Shown here piece by piece: positions 1-12,640 of a stretch of 64,000 nucleotides of DNA. Source of the stretch: Camelus ferus (lineage: Eukaryota). The stretch covers positions 91,948,001 to 92,012,000 of the forward strand of contig NC_045696.1 in NCBI RefSeq assembly GCF_009834535.1, written 5' to 3'. The notes under the pieces are model-generated. The model worked only from the letters and a program-made list of their open reading frames with translations, searched no databases and was not told where the DNA came from. Made by a program: the position numbers and the translations under genes. Within the stretch, counting starts at the first letter, position 1. Each line of letters begins with the position of its first letter.

Positions 1-210
1 CTGAACTGCCAGCACTTGTTAGTCATTTTTCTGGTTACTGTAGGTACTTGAAAGTAATAAGGCTGCATTTTCTTTGAAATGGCCCAGTTGGTCCAGATTA
101 GTGAGTTTTTCTATATATATATTTATATTTTGGGGTTTGGATAATTTTCGTCTTCCATTGATGTCTAAACCATTGTAAATTATACAGTTTACACATTAAA
201 TCTAGTTGTA

Positions 211-356
211 GGGGTGGGTATAGCTCAGTGGTAGAGTGTGCACTTGGCATGCATGAGGTTCTGAGTTCAATCCCCACGACCTCCCTTAAAATAAGTAAAT
301 AAACAAACCAAATTACCTCCCCACCTATAAATAAACCAAATTACCTCCCCACCTCC

Positions 357-427
<71 letters not shown>

Positions 428-429
428 AA
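211..429 (+). mobile_element. vic-1-like camelid tRNA-Ala-derived SINE with duplicated 3' module and (GAAA)n tail
   Basis: Head GGGGTGGGTATAGCTCAGTGGTAGAG...GGTTCTGAGTTCAATCCCC (A/B boxes) and tail AAACCAAATTACCTCCCC. TSD aaatctagttgta (198-210) / aaatctatttgta (427-439). Confidence 0.9.
358..429 (+). repeat. (GAAA)18 microsatellite
   Basis: Perfect tetranucleotide run read directly; forms the SINE tail. Confidence 0.97.
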
Positions 430-479
430 TCTATTTGTACCCAACAGTGAAAAGCAGAGCAGCAGACATCTTCCTGCAA

Positions 480-610
480 GCTGCATGATCTTAACCTTAA
501 CCTGAGCCTTAGTTTCCTTGTTTGTAAAAAGGTGGGTGATAGTAGTATCTATTTCCAAAGGGTGTAGAGAGCTTAATAGAGAAAAGACAAGCATTCTCTT
601 AATAAATAAG
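480..610 (+). mobile_element. MIR fragment
   Basis: cttaacctgagccttagtttccttgtttgtaaaaaggtgggtgatagtagtatcta resembles the MIR core. Confidence 0.7.
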
Positions 611-689
611 ATCCTCATTATCATGATCATTCCTCATAGGTTTTGAAGATCCTATGTAATAAATTACACATTTTCTAATTTATACTTCC

Positions 690-755
690 TTCTCCCCATT
701 TTGCAGATGAAGCCACTTAGGCTCAGAGAATTAAGAAACTTGCTCCAGAGCACAC
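690..755 (-). mobile_element. MIR fragment
   Basis: ccccatttttgcagatgaagccacttaggctcagagaattaagaaacttgc is the reverse-complement MIR core. Confidence 0.7.
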
Positions 756-1351
756 GTGTTGAAGAACATCCTCCTAACAGCTTCGCTTGTAAACTGGCTG
801 TGAACAAGGCACTATTCTGCTACAAAAGCAGTCTTAGAAATTAACCAGCACAGAGTCAATGGCCACCCTGAGTAGTGACTGCAGTTCAGAGACTGGTTTT
901 CATATATACTTTGTAGAAGCAGCCTCAGTCTTTTGAGGTTATACCCTGTGTGGGGAATATGAGTCATTGCCTACCCATCCACTCCTCCACACTCTGACAC
1001 TCTCCATTATGAACTAAGTCCTAAGAATTCCTGTCTTATTACTCCCCAAGGGTTTTCAGCCACAGTCATCTCTGACATGTATTTTCACCCTCCTAGTTAA
1101 TTGCTTTCTTAGACTCTATTACACTAGTTCATGTCTACCTCAGCAAATAACTTTGCATCATTATAGAGGAGCTAGATAGTGTTTGGATTGTGGATTGAAT
1201 TCACAAAAGCTGCACTTTTCAATTCATACCACTCCATGACCCAGTAACCTGTGGGAGGACATGGCCCTGGTGCAGAGGCAACTCCCCATGAAACATTGTT
1301 TCCCTAGGTTCTTTTCCCAACTACCTGAAGCAGGTTAGCGGAAGGAGAGGC

Positions 1352-1445
1352 AGTGTTGGTGGCGGTGGTAACAGTGGTGGTGGTGCTGGTAGTGCTGGTG
1401 GTAGTGATGGTATTGGTAACAGGTGGTGATAACAGTGATGGTGGA
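1352..1445. repeat. degenerate (GTG/GGT)n low-complexity tract
   Basis: gtggcggtggtaacagtggtggtggtgctggtagtgctggtggtagtgatgg... Confidence 0.85.
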
Positions 1446-2639
1446 AAAATTTTGTTCAGCTGTGTCGGCACCTCACCCAGCAAATATTTGTGTGGATGTA
1501 TGATTTCATTCTACTTTGAAGATTTGAACTTATCTTGTTAATGTTTCATAATTTATCAAGAGCTTATGAGGTTAAAATTGAGGGTTCCCCAATAAATAGT
1601 ATCTCTATTTTCCTCAAGTGGCATAGGTCTTCATATGTTTGGTTGCAATTTTTTCCCTTTAAAATTTAAAACATTTTCTACCACTTGCCTAAAACGAATG
1701 CTTTTAATGTAAGGCCAGGGATAGAATGAAACCATGTCACATGGATTCAGGTGACTTCTCATTTCTTGGGAATTCTAGGTGTGGTACTTGTGTTAACCAG
1801 ACCATAAGCTCCCAAATGGATTATAAGTATCTTATGGGGAAAAATAAAGTTATGCTTGTCATATGGAGTACCTGAAAAATTTAGGGGAAGAACTGTAATT
1901 CCAAAAGATGCTTTATATCAACTAAGTATTTCTAGCTGTGTGTCTAGATCGCAAGCTGTCTACCTAGGAGCAGAAGGTGTTTTAATGAGCTCAATCTCAG
2001 CCTTAGGAAAGGCAGGCCGGGGAGTAGACTAGGACCACACCCTGTGGAAAAGCCTGAGAACAGCCTCAAAAAGCACAAGAAAGATCTATGAGTGAAGCTT
2101 GGGCAGGGTGCAGAACAAAATTTCCTGCGCTGTTTTATGGCTTTGTCTGTTCTTGCAGACTATGACCTCAGGGCTCTGCAGCCTCCTTCCTGAATCTGTC
2201 AAGTGGAGGAATGCAACTCCAGGACGTGGAGACAGCCTAGGCTATGCACTATAAAACTCACAGATCCTTTGCTTTAGGTGTGGTTAAAAGAACAAAATTA
2301 TTGTAATTACTAGGCGTAACTTTAGTCACTCTGCATCACATCTTCCCCTAAATGTGCACCCAGGATCTGCACGTCTGTTACCAAGAAAAGAAGGTGACTG
2401 CAGGAATAGGAAAAGACGTCTGCTGAATGCTGAATTTTACAGTTTTCCAGAGCCTGTCTTAATAATGACCTGCAAAGCTACAATTTTGGCAATATGAGCT
2501 GGCAGCCTAGCCTACCGTCACCGTATCTTGGATTATCGAAGTGTCTCCCCACATGCCCAAACCTGCCACATTCTCTCTCTGCTTTCTTCCCTGCTTCATC
2601 AACATTACCCAAGTCTTTCAACCACCTGGGTCTCCATGT

Positions 2640-2958
2640 GCACCGCCCAGTACAGCAGCCATGAGCCAGCGTGGCCACCGAGCATGAGAAATGAAGCCAG
2701 TCTGAAGTAAGTGCAAAAACACACACTGGATTTCCAAGATTTAGTATGAAAAAAAAAAAAGTAAAATAGTTCATTAATGATTTTTCATATTGCTTTCAGG
2801 TTGAAATGATAGTGTTTTGGACATACTGACTTAATTAAAACATATGATTTTTTTTTAGCTTCATCTTTCTTTTTACTGTTTTTGTGGCTACCAGAAAGTT
2901 TAAAAATTACAAATGTGGTTTGCCTTTGTGGCTCACTTTATATTTCTATTCTATAGTG
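2640..2958 (-). mobile_element. MER33-like hAT-Charlie MITE
   Basis: cacactggatttccaagatttagtatgaaaaa...ttgaaatgatagtgttttggacata...tgtggctaccagaaagtttaaaaattaca matches the reverse-complement MER33 as I recall it. Confidence 0.75.
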
Positions 2959-3225
2959 ATCGAAATAGTTTCCAGTCCTTTGCATTAGCAAACTCTATTT
3001 AAGAAAAAACATCTCCTTAGACAATAGCCTCTAAAAACATTTAATTTGTTCTATAGATATCACATAGTTTCAAATGGATCATCAACTGAATTCTGCATTT
3101 TCAACTTTTTAAAAAAGTGAATTTATGTATCCAAAACAAAGCCGATTATACTGGAAGTTCAAATCTGTTAAACTGTAGGACAGGTAAAGGGACAAGCTAT
3201 AGCAATACAGAGGCATTAGTAAAGG

Positions 3226-3462
3226 CAGTGGTACTAATCCTTTTTGTGTGTGTCATGGAACTACACTGTTCACTGAACAAATATTTATCACGTCCCTACT
3301 CTATTCAAAACTATGCAAGGCTTTAGAAATATAGCTGATAAATCTGAGAAAAGTTTTAGACCCTCCCCCCAGAAGAATGCATATATATACATTCTTAACA
3401 AATTTGCATTCAATTTTAGGCTCTTGTGAATCTTCTGAATCCTATCCATGAATCATAAATTA
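3226..3462 (-). mobile_element. Charlie4z-like hAT MITE interrupted by a short L2 3' fragment (~3266-3340)
   Basis: cagtggtactaatccttttt...gtcatgga, then ctgagaaaagttttagaccctcccccagaagaatgcat...aaatttgcattcaatttt...cctatccatg. The insert ttcactgaacaaatatttat...cctactctattc is L2-tail-like. Confidence 0.6.
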
Positions 3463-3477
3463 ATTTATAAATTTGAG

Positions 3478-3725
3478 GAAAGAGCATGGACTTCAGGGCC
3501 AGACAGGTCTGGGTTCGAATGCTGGCTCCATTAGTTACTGGGGTGACCTTGGCTGTAATTTATCTTCTGTGAGTCCTGGTTTCCTCATCTATAAGATGGG
3601 GGAGATTTGAAACAAACAGTGGGGTAAAAGAAGGATTACCAGTGCAGTATATAAAGGCCTTCCTTGCATAGTCCTTCCTAAGTACCTAACTAAGCAGATG
3701 CTTAATAGATCATAACTATTATTTC
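3478..3725 (+). mobile_element. MIR
   Basis: agagcatggacttcagggccagacaggtctgggttcgaatgctggctcca...gtgaccttgg...tttcctcatctataagatgggg. Confidence 0.85.
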
Positions 3726-4884
3726 TCATCTTGCCTTATGTGAGGAAATGGCTCAAATGGGTAAGTTAAAGGATGGATTCTTTCTGTGTGAATCTTTCCT
3801 TCTGTGTCAAGTTCTTAAATTATGTAGTAGCCCTAGAGGTTAGTTGCTGAAACAAAATAAGAGTTTGGTTCGCCAACCAAGCCATGACCTTTCAAATAAG
3901 TTGTCCAAAAATGGTATGTGAGTTGTCTGGGGTAATATGACTCTACAGAACTGAGAACACATCTGCCCACACCTTGAGCGATGCTATGTGGTATGTGCAT
4001 ACGTTTTTCTGTGGTTTGAAAACAATTTGTGTCTGCAGATCTTACAGATGGGATTCTATTTGGGGTGTTTATTTCATTTGTTTGTTTTTTTCGAAAACTG
4101 TCATGATTGATATATATATATTTCTTACAGGCAGTCTGAAGACAATCTCCAACAGGCTCAAGCCAACTTTGGGATGTAAGTAGCCTTAAATGAGTAAGAA
4201 CTTGAGCTAAGAAGCCAAATGCCTTGCTATTCCTATACTGCTTGTCTTTCAAATTCCACACTCTGGAATGATCCATCCTCCAAACCATTAAGTGAAAGGT
4301 GGAGTGACTCACCAACTACCAGGCGGTGAGGGCAAATCAGCCTTGTCATAATTTTACAGACTCTTCTTTCCACTCACGAAAACACGTTATGTATGGTATT
4401 TACGTACATCTGTGTTGCTGGGCATTTTCCAAATGCCTCTTGGAGAACATTAAACAGGAAATTGATGCCACAGGGCAAATATTCATTCTTCCCATCCTCT
4501 CTCACAAAAACAAGTACAGATTTGCTGTGGCTAGACTGACTTCCTGCAGTGTGCTGTTGCTTATTCGATTTTACACTAGACGGGAAAAAAAAGCAAAAAC
4601 ACATTCTCTGTTTCAATTTAGATCATGTTGAAAATGGCTAAAATGCGTAAACAAAAAAGTTTCCCTCATGAGAGCATTGAATATAGAATTCAATGCTTTA
4701 TAAAATCACAGATTTCAAAGGTTAATGATTGTTCTTCATGCCTGCTGATGAAAGTCAATTTGTATCACATTAGACACATCAAATTTGGTTTAAACAGCAT
4801 GTGCTCTAGTTTTCAAATGGAAAAACTTTAAGCATTTGGCCACTGCAGCTTTTCATGTAAGGAGAGTATTTCTTTCTAACGTGT

Positions 4885-5412
4885 TATAGTGGGCTTTGGT
4901 TAGTGGCCTCCTCAGCATCCATTTCTCCCTGTTCACTTCCTTGTCAGCCCAGAAACTGTTCAGAAATTTATGAGGCTCTGGAAAAACTTAATCTGCTTTT
5001 AGCCCCAGGAGTAGAGGATGTGACTTAGGTTAAATTATTCCGTGCAGACTCCCTCCTGGCCACAGAGATTTGTTCAAAGGGGGCATGTAACCTAAACTTA
5101 TCCAATGAAAGTGAATCTTGAGGCTCTTGCTGGGGAAAAGTCATCCTCTTTTTCCTGGTGGACAAGAACACTGATGCAATTGGATCATAATGGAAACTAG
5201 CCTTGACATAAAGCAAATACTATGGAGGGCAGAAGAGAGAAACTGAAATTAACTAGGCCCCAGATGTCATCACTTTACTGCTTGATCCAGCTTTGCCTGA
5301 AGATCTATCTCTAGACCATTTAGTAATATAAGCCATTAAACTCCCATGTTGTTTAAACCAGCTTGATTCAAGTTTTCTGTAATTTGCAAACAATGCTTCT
5401 GAAGCGCCATAC
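4885..5412 (+). mobile_element. MaLR solo LTR (MLT1K/L-like)
   Basis: Start agcatccatttctccctg; middle gggggcatgtaacctaa...ccaatg; end taagccattaaactccc...tttaaaccagcttgattcaagttttctgtaatttgcaa. Confidence 0.7.
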
Positions 5413-5789
5413 CTACCTGTTAGAAAACATTTATAAGAGAAAGAGAAGAGGCTAAAGAGAAAATCTAATGGGCTACTTTTAAGGTGAATTTCATAACCAA
5501 TTTAGAAGAGCAAGATCAATAATGAATAGAAGAGTGACTGCTGCTGAGAACAGGATGAGGAAAAAATATCTCAGAGTGATGAGTAACCACCACGGTAATG
5601 TTGGGTGGAAGACAAGTCAATCCATGTTCCTCTCCCTGGGGAGCAGCAGGAAGGGGTACCGTGAGGATAATGCCTTCTCCATCAGCTCCCGGATTGAACT
5701 ACTTAGCAACAGATGCAGTTTGCAACTATCAAAGTCATTTGACCTCCATCCTCTCAGTTGGTCCTTACTACCTTCCTCTGAACAATTAT

Positions 5790-5895
5790 ATTTTATTATT
5801 ATGTCTCATTTTATAGATGGAAAAACCAGTCCAGAGACTCCAAGTTCTATGTATAATAAACAAGAAGTAGAGAATGGACTCAGCTCAGACTTTTT
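5790..5895 (-). mobile_element. MIR fragment
   Basis: attattatgtctcattttatagatggaaaaac. Confidence 0.6.
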
Positions 5896-7857
5896 AAACA
5901 TACATCATCCTTGAAAGTTGTCCTTGAATGAGGCCTGGAGGTATTTGACATCTGGCTTCATCCTTAATGTTTTCTTCAGCCCTTCACCAAAATTAGCCAG
6001 AGTTTATTTTGTCCACTTGGTCACCATGATTTCCTTCAGTAGTACTTCATCTTTTGATAATATCCCCTCCTGACCTTCCGTGACCTGACACCATCAACAC
6101 TTTTATTTTCTCAGTCCTTTTAAGACAACAAAGGGCACAGAATGGGCTTGCTGAATGAATGCACACTTAGATGGGAAATACTGATAATAACTTTAAGTGT
6201 TAATCTTATCTCTGGACATAAGCACTTTATAAGTGGGCACTTGGAGAGATTTTGACTTCCACTATAAAAGTTAATCTCTCAGTAAGAATTTCAGGCTGTG
6301 TAGTGGCAAATTGGAGGCAAAATATTTAGGGTAGGGGCCCTTCCTGGTAATCTTGCTACATAGACCGCTCTTCCTTCACCTACTCACAAGGCTTCACTCT
6401 GCTCCAGCCCAGTTATTATGGCTACATCTTGCTCCTATACAGAACTATTCTTTTGCCAGCCTAACATGGGCTCAATCACTCCCAAAGTAGTTCTGTACAT
6501 CTCAAAGCTTTATTCAGCTTCCTTTATGACGGCACGACACATCACCCAGGTCCTCCAAGAACCTGGTGTGTGGATTCAACAAAGGCACCGTGTTATTTAG
6601 GCTCTTCCAAGTGGCAAAGTGCACAGGCCTATTTGGGATGCTTCAGGAGATGGAAATTATTAGATAGATAGATGGGGGGAACCACAGAGCTATAAAACGC
6701 AACTTTTAGCCAGCCAGGTCTCATGGAGTACAGCGTGCAGTGAGGGCTTCTGACACACTCATAATACAAGAGCTCTAGTCATCTGGACGTTGCCTCAGGC
6801 TTATTTGTTTATCCTCGCTTTAGTAAGTCTACTATTATTATGACTCAGCCACTCTCTGTCTTCATTTATTTTCTGTTCTTTCTGACTAACTTTTCCCCAC
6901 TTCTTGGCTTCTCCTACCACAGTGCTTCTGTTTCAAGACTCCAAATGGCATGCCTCTGGGTCTCTGTTGCTGTCTTCTGTAGTCTGCTTTTTGTCTCCAT
7001 TCAAGGCTCCGAGAGAGGATCTGTTTGAGTCCGTTGGTCACTGTCTAGTCCTGATCATCTATTTTGCCTCAGTTCTCAAGGCAGCCCCCCACCTTGAGTT
7101 CCCTGTGGACCAGGCTCAACCCCTGGTTTAATCAGTCATGTGCCCCTAAGCCTGGCAACTCCTGACAGGTCCCTGGGACACTGAAAAGTCCACCTGGGAG
7201 ATTTCCTTCTCTGCTCATTTGGCAACAATCCTCTTCCAACCAAAACCAAAATAAAAGGTAAAACTAGACTAGCCAGAGCAGAATGACAGGTCACTGTATA
7301 TTCAGTGGCAATTTGGAAGAAAAGGAAAGTACACAAGAGGGTTAGGGTACTACGCACTGAAAGCAACATGTGAAAAATAAGGTAGCACAACTGACGAGGC
7401 TACTAAAAAACATGATCTCATTTAATGGAGACATAAAAGGAGAGTTCTGTTCCAAATGCACCTTAAGGACAAGATAACTGAGAATCACAATGGTAGTTCA
7501 CAGAATCATGGAATCACAAGAGCTAGAGAGTACATGGCAGGTATATTGTCCAGCCTCCTCCTTTCATAATTGGGGAAAACCCAAAGAAGTTAATTGATCA
7601 ATTAATTCACACAATTCATGGTGGGACCCTGACTCCTGTGTGATAACCAGTAAACCATCAGTCTATATTTCTGAGCTAGTAATGGATTTTCCTTCCTTAA
7701 AATGGGGTAGATCACATTTAACGCTCAAAGAACTGTACTGCTCAAAGAACTGTACTGATTGTCCCAGTGAATGTAGACAAGGGCAGACAAGAAAGTTGAG
7801 ACATAGTTTTTTTTAAGTATTTACACAAGATAATGTCTGTGTTTTCTACAAGGGTAC

Positions 7858-8040
7858 GGGGCATAGTGAGGTGTAACAGAAAAAAGCAAAAAAGTAAGAG
7901 TTTGGAATCTCAGATTCAAGTCTCATTCCTGCCACCAACCAGCTGGGTGTGCCTGGACTACTGTCAACTTTCCGGGCCTCAGGTTCTTCATCTGCCTAAG
8001 GGAAAATTAGGCCAGATGACTGCTTAGGTCCCATGTACCT
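7858..8040 (+). mobile_element. MIR fragment
   Basis: ttggaatctcagattcaagtctcattcctgccaccaaccagctgggtgtgcctgg...gggcctcaggttcttcatctg. Confidence 0.7.
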
Positions 8041-8548
8041 ATGACTGCTCTGGCTCTGCCTGGAAGTGTCACTGGCAGTGATAGCATCCACATTTTGGAG
8101 TTAAGTTCAGTGGACCAGGAGTACCACATGAGCTGATTGCCAGTCAACTAAATTGAGAATATAAGTAAGATGTTCTCAGAACTATCTAAAGGCAAGTGGA
8201 CGATGAAATGGATTTGGCCTTTCACGAAATCTTGGCTTAGATTTGTTGCCATCTCCAAAAGTACTGAGAAAGGCATTTAAAATCATAACATTGCACAGAG
8301 GGGAAAAAAAGAAGTATTTCTATAGTGTACCATATATGGAGATGTTTAAAGATTTAAGCATTTTTTTCTTTCTAGTAAGCTGAAAATGGAAGAGACATGA
8401 CAATTATCCAGGACACAGAGTGGCATTTTAATACACTTTTAGTAATAAATTTTGATGGATATAAAACTAGAAATGAGTTATGTAGAGAGAAAGGTCTCCT
8501 GCTTGGAAGCCATACTCTGAGATATCCAATAAATCTTCAGGCCACTGG

Positions 8549-8667
8549 CAGAGCCACTACAGATGGTTATACCCTGAACAACTCTAAGGGGTGCCATTCT
8601 CATGGAACCTATGTGGGTGATGCCCTCTGGAGTTGTACACTGCGCAAGTCACAAAATGGTCCATAGT
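8549..8667. mobile_element. MER91-like palindromic hAT-Tip100 MITE
   Basis: Internal inverted repeat acaactctaaggggtgccattctcat...atgtgggtgatgccctctggagttgt is typical of MER91. Confidence 0.7.
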
Positions 8668-8814
8668 TGGTGGGGGCAGGGAGAGTATAGCTCAGTGGTA
8701 GAGTGCGTGCTTAGCATTCACAAGGTCCTGGGTTCAATCCCCAGTAGGTCTATTAAAAATGATTTTAATTAATTAATTAATTAAATTGCCTCCCCCATAC
8801 TAAAAAATCAATAA
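8668..8814 (+). mobile_element. vic-1-like SINE
   Basis: gagtatagctcagtggtagagtgcgtgcttagcattcacaaggtcctgggttcaatcccc. Perfect 15-bp TSD aaaatggtccatagt (8653-8667 / 8815-8829). Confidence 0.92.
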
Positions 8815-9039
8815 AAAATGGTCCATAGTGAACCTAACCATAGAAATACTAGTGATATCTTTCAGAATACCATGTGTGCTAAATGATACTTCAGCAGCCT
8901 GCCTGTCTTACTAGCTTTTCTTGTACTTTAGAACAAGCAACTATTCAGTATAACAAGCATATCACAAAATTATTTCAACTGGACAAAGAAAACATATTTT
9001 CATTTACATAACCAACTTTCAGTCACTATCACATCCAGT

Positions 9040-9285
9040 TACAGTGAATAGTCAGTACCAAGAACTGCCTGGATTTTAATATCAACTTTGGCACCTACTA
9101 CTAGTTATGTGAGCTTGGAATGGTATTTAACCTCCGTGTATCAGTTTCCACATATATAAAATGGGGCAATAATAGCTGTAGGGTTTTTATAAGAATTGAA
9201 TTAAACATGATCATGTTTTAAAGTAATTAGAACAGTGCCAGGCACATACTAGGCATTATGTATAGATTTGTTAAGTACATAAGTC
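9040..9285 (+). mobile_element. MIR
   Basis: ctgcctggatttt...ctactagttatgtgagcttgg...tttaacctccgtgtatcagtttccacatatataaaatgggg...ttagaacagtgccaggcacata. Confidence 0.8.
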
Positions 9286-9289
9286 AAAA

Positions 9290-9480
9290 GGGGGGGGGAG
9301 TTATAGCTCAGTGATAAAGTACTTGCTTAGCATGCACAAGGTCCTGAGTTCAATCACCAGTACCTTCATCAAAATAAATAAATAAACAAACAAACAAACA
9401 AACAAACCTGATTACTTCCCCCCTCAAAAAAAAAGCAGAAAAATAAGAATTAAAAAGAATTTTTTTAAAAAGTAAAAAAG
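9290..9480 (+). mobile_element. vic-1-like SINE (long tail form)
   Basis: ggggagttatagctcagtgataaagtacttgcttagcatgcacaaggtcctgagttcaatc...aaacctgattacttccccc plus A-rich tail. TSD not clear. Confidence 0.88.
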
Positions 9481-10149
9481 AAAAATATAAGTAGCTATTT
9501 ATTATCATTTACTGACTATTCCAGCATATTCTGTTTGTTAAACCAAGTGTTGTATCACCCATAGTACACTTTCAGTTATACATTCAACTAAAATTTTACT
9601 AAGACAATAATTAAAGCTGAGAGAAAAATAATATACTGAGAGTTATCTAAACCTCTCCTTCTCCAAAATAGATTAGACACAAAAAATATGCATTAAAGAA
9701 CTACATTCTTAGCAATTAAGTGTTATTTAAGATTTTAAAACAAATGTGTAAGTTCAGTATTTTAGACATAAATGGATTGTCAAACAAGGTTAAAAAAGAC
9801 TACTTGATGAACACCTTCTTGTAAATTTAATTTCTTCTCCCCAAATTATGAATATAAATTGTTTTCATAAGCTGACAATGGCCCATTTCATTATGAAACA
9901 ATATAAATTCAGATAAGTTGATTTGCTCTACTAATTTGAATTTATTACAAATAGCATATCAACAATAGCAGAAGAAAGGAAATACCATTAACACTCATCA
10001 GTTGTTTGTCTTTTTCTTTGTTCCTTTCTATACCAAGTCCATTTGCCTGTCCTTTTTTTGCATACCGGTTGAAAAAAAGAGATGGTTAACAAGCCTCAGT
10101 CATCTGTCCTCTTTCCTTATCCTACCACACAGTCCCTCTGGGAGATGCT

Positions 10150-11425
10150 TTTATCCATTCAGTAAATACTCATTGAACACTTTCCACATGCCAAGCACTG
10201 TTCCAGGTGCTAGGATACAATGATGAACAAGACAGCCTAAGGCCCCAGTCCTCAAAGAACTTAATTCCAGTTAGGAATAAATATGTAAACCAATAAATAA
10301 ACAAAATAATTCCAGACCCTTTGGAGTCAGGGAAGTCCCCTCTGAGGATATTTGAACTGATAGAAGAATGATAAGGAAGTATGAGCCATCCAGTGAGCTG
10401 AGGGCACCAGGGGCAGCACCTGTTAAAGCCCTGATGTGGGAGACAGCTTATCATAATCGAAGAAGCAAAAGGAGGTCAGTGGGATTAATTCCCATGGGAT
10501 TAATGAGCAGAGACCCAAGAGGTAGGAAGGAGTCAGCTTCGTAATATCTGTGGGCTATAGTGAGGAGTTTAAGATTTTATTCTAAGTGCAACAAGAAGCC
10601 TTTGAAGATTTTAACCAGAGGCAGCACATGTTCTGTCCTAACTCTTACGTTACTTTGGTTGCTTAGTGGAGAGTTAATTATGGAGAGGCAAGAACAGGAG
10701 GAGAGAGACCCATTAGTAGGTTCTTGTAGTAGGCAAAGCAAGAAAGGATGGTGGCTTAGACTCGGATGATGGCGGTGGCAATGGAGTAAAGTAGATGGAT
10801 TCAAGATGTATTTTGGAAGTAGCACTTATAAACTTGCCAATGGATTAGATGCAAAGGATAAGGGGAAGGGAATAATCTAGAGTGACTGAGATCCTGATTT
10901 TTCAAGTTAAGCAACTGGGCATATGAGAGAGAATCATATTTAGGACAGAATTCAAGAGGTCGTTTATGTACATTTAGTTTGCAGTGTCTATTTGGAATTC
11001 AACTGGAAATGTCAGTTGTGTAATTGGATACACAAGTCTGAAGCTTGGGTCAGTTATAGATCTGGGAGATACCAATACATAGGAACACTTAAAGCCAGAA
11101 GACAATTAAGGAGAGAGAATTGAAAACTAGGCCCTGTGACAGTCCAACTTTCAGATTTCAGGCAGAGGAGAAAGAGCCAGCTGTAAATACTGAGACTAGT
11201 TCAGTGGTTTAGGAAGAAAATGAGGACAATGTGATGTTTCTGAAGTCCAGAGCATAAACGCAGTCAAAAAGGAGAATGTTCTTATGAATGCTGTTAGTAA
11301 GTCAAGTAAAATGAGAATGAAGAAAAATCCATTTGATTTGGCAACGTGGAGATTTTTGGTGATTTTGACAAAATCAATTTTAGTGGAGTCCTAGAGATTG
11401 AAGCCAGAATAGAGTGGGTTGAGGT
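10150..11425 (-). mobile_element. L2 (LINE-2) 3' portion
   Basis: ccattcagtaaatactcattgaacac...atgccaagcactgttccaggtgctaggataca is the reverse-complement L2 3' end; later gatttggcaacgtggag...gattttgacaaa. Confidence 0.85.
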
Positions 11426-11429
11426 TGAG

Positions 11430-12640
11430 GGATTCAATGTAATTCCAGTAAAAATTCAAATAGAATATTTCTTAAAAATTGACAAACTGATTCTAAAATG
11501 CATATAGAAAAGCAAAGGGACAAGAATAACCAAATTACTCTTAACGAACAATGGAGGATTTTTCATAGTAGATATCAAGACTTGTTAAAAATCTAAAATA
11601 GTTATGGAACATTGATATATGGACATGCATGGCAGTGCATGGCAGGTTATTCAATAAGTATAATGACTGGTTATCCATACGGAGAGAGCAAAACTGAATC
11701 TCTACCTCACATCAGTCTGAAATACCAACTACAGGTGGTTTGAGAATACAAAGTAGGCAAAATTTTTTAACTTTTAGGATAAAATTTTTTGAAATTTTGT
11801 AACCTTAGGGTAGAGAAGAATTTCTTAAATTAAGATATATAAAGTTCTAACCAGTAAATACTGATAAATTTGACTACAATAAAACTAAGAACATTTGTTT
11901 CTCAAAAGACACCACTTAGAAAGTAAAAACTCAAAACCACAAACTAGAATAGGAGATGTTTGCAACAACTACAACATAACCAACAAAGGATCAGAATCCA
12001 GGATATCTCAAGATCTCCTACCAATCAATATTAAAAGACAAGTGACTTGATAGAAAAAGCAAAGAACATACAAAGAAATTTCACAGTAGAAAAATCCTCA
12101 ATGGTAAATAGACATATGAAAAGATGTCCAGCCTTTTAAATAATTTTAAAAATAGAAATTAAGATGATAATTGGAAAATATTTTACATCTGCTAGATTGA
12201 CAAAATAGGAAGTCAGGCAATACCAGGTATTGGAAAGGATACAGTCAACAGAATCTCTTAAAAATACTGCTGTGAATTCAAATCGATACAACCAACTTGA
12301 AAAACTATTAGCATTGTTTTATAAAATTGCACAGTCTCGTAGCCCAGCAATTCCATCCCTGATGTATATGCTAATGAAGTGGGTACCGTGTTCATTACCT
12401 CACTGTTCATAACAGTAAAAATGAGAAACAACACAGATATCCATGGACCCGAAAATGGATTAATAAATTATAGGATATTCTCATAATGCATTACATTTAA
12501 GCGTAAATGCATTACAATTAAGAATGAACTGCAGCTACATGAAACAGTAAGGAAAAATCAAGTTCCATACATAGAGTATGATACCATTTTTGTAAAGCTC
12601 AAAAAACAAGAAAGCCATACATATTGTTTGGGAACACGCT
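11430..12640 (+). mobile_element. ancient L1 (L1ME-like) ORF2 3' part and 3' UTR, decayed
   Basis: gattcaatgtaattccagtaaaaatt...ttgacaaactgattctaaaatgcatata...cccagcaattcca...aatggattaataaattatagg. Confidence 0.85.

Noticed and set aside
267..630. Hydrophobic FFLS-repeat ORFs
   Set aside because: Translation of the (TTTC)n microsatellite and SINE antisense strand.
1353..1541. Val-rich transmembrane-like ORF
   Set aside because: Artefact of a degenerate (GTG)n tract.
2478..2774. ORFs on both strands with an exon-like AG...GTAAGT frame
   Set aside because: The apparent donor gtaagt (~2707) and the distal third lie in a MER33-like MITE; no recognisable protein.
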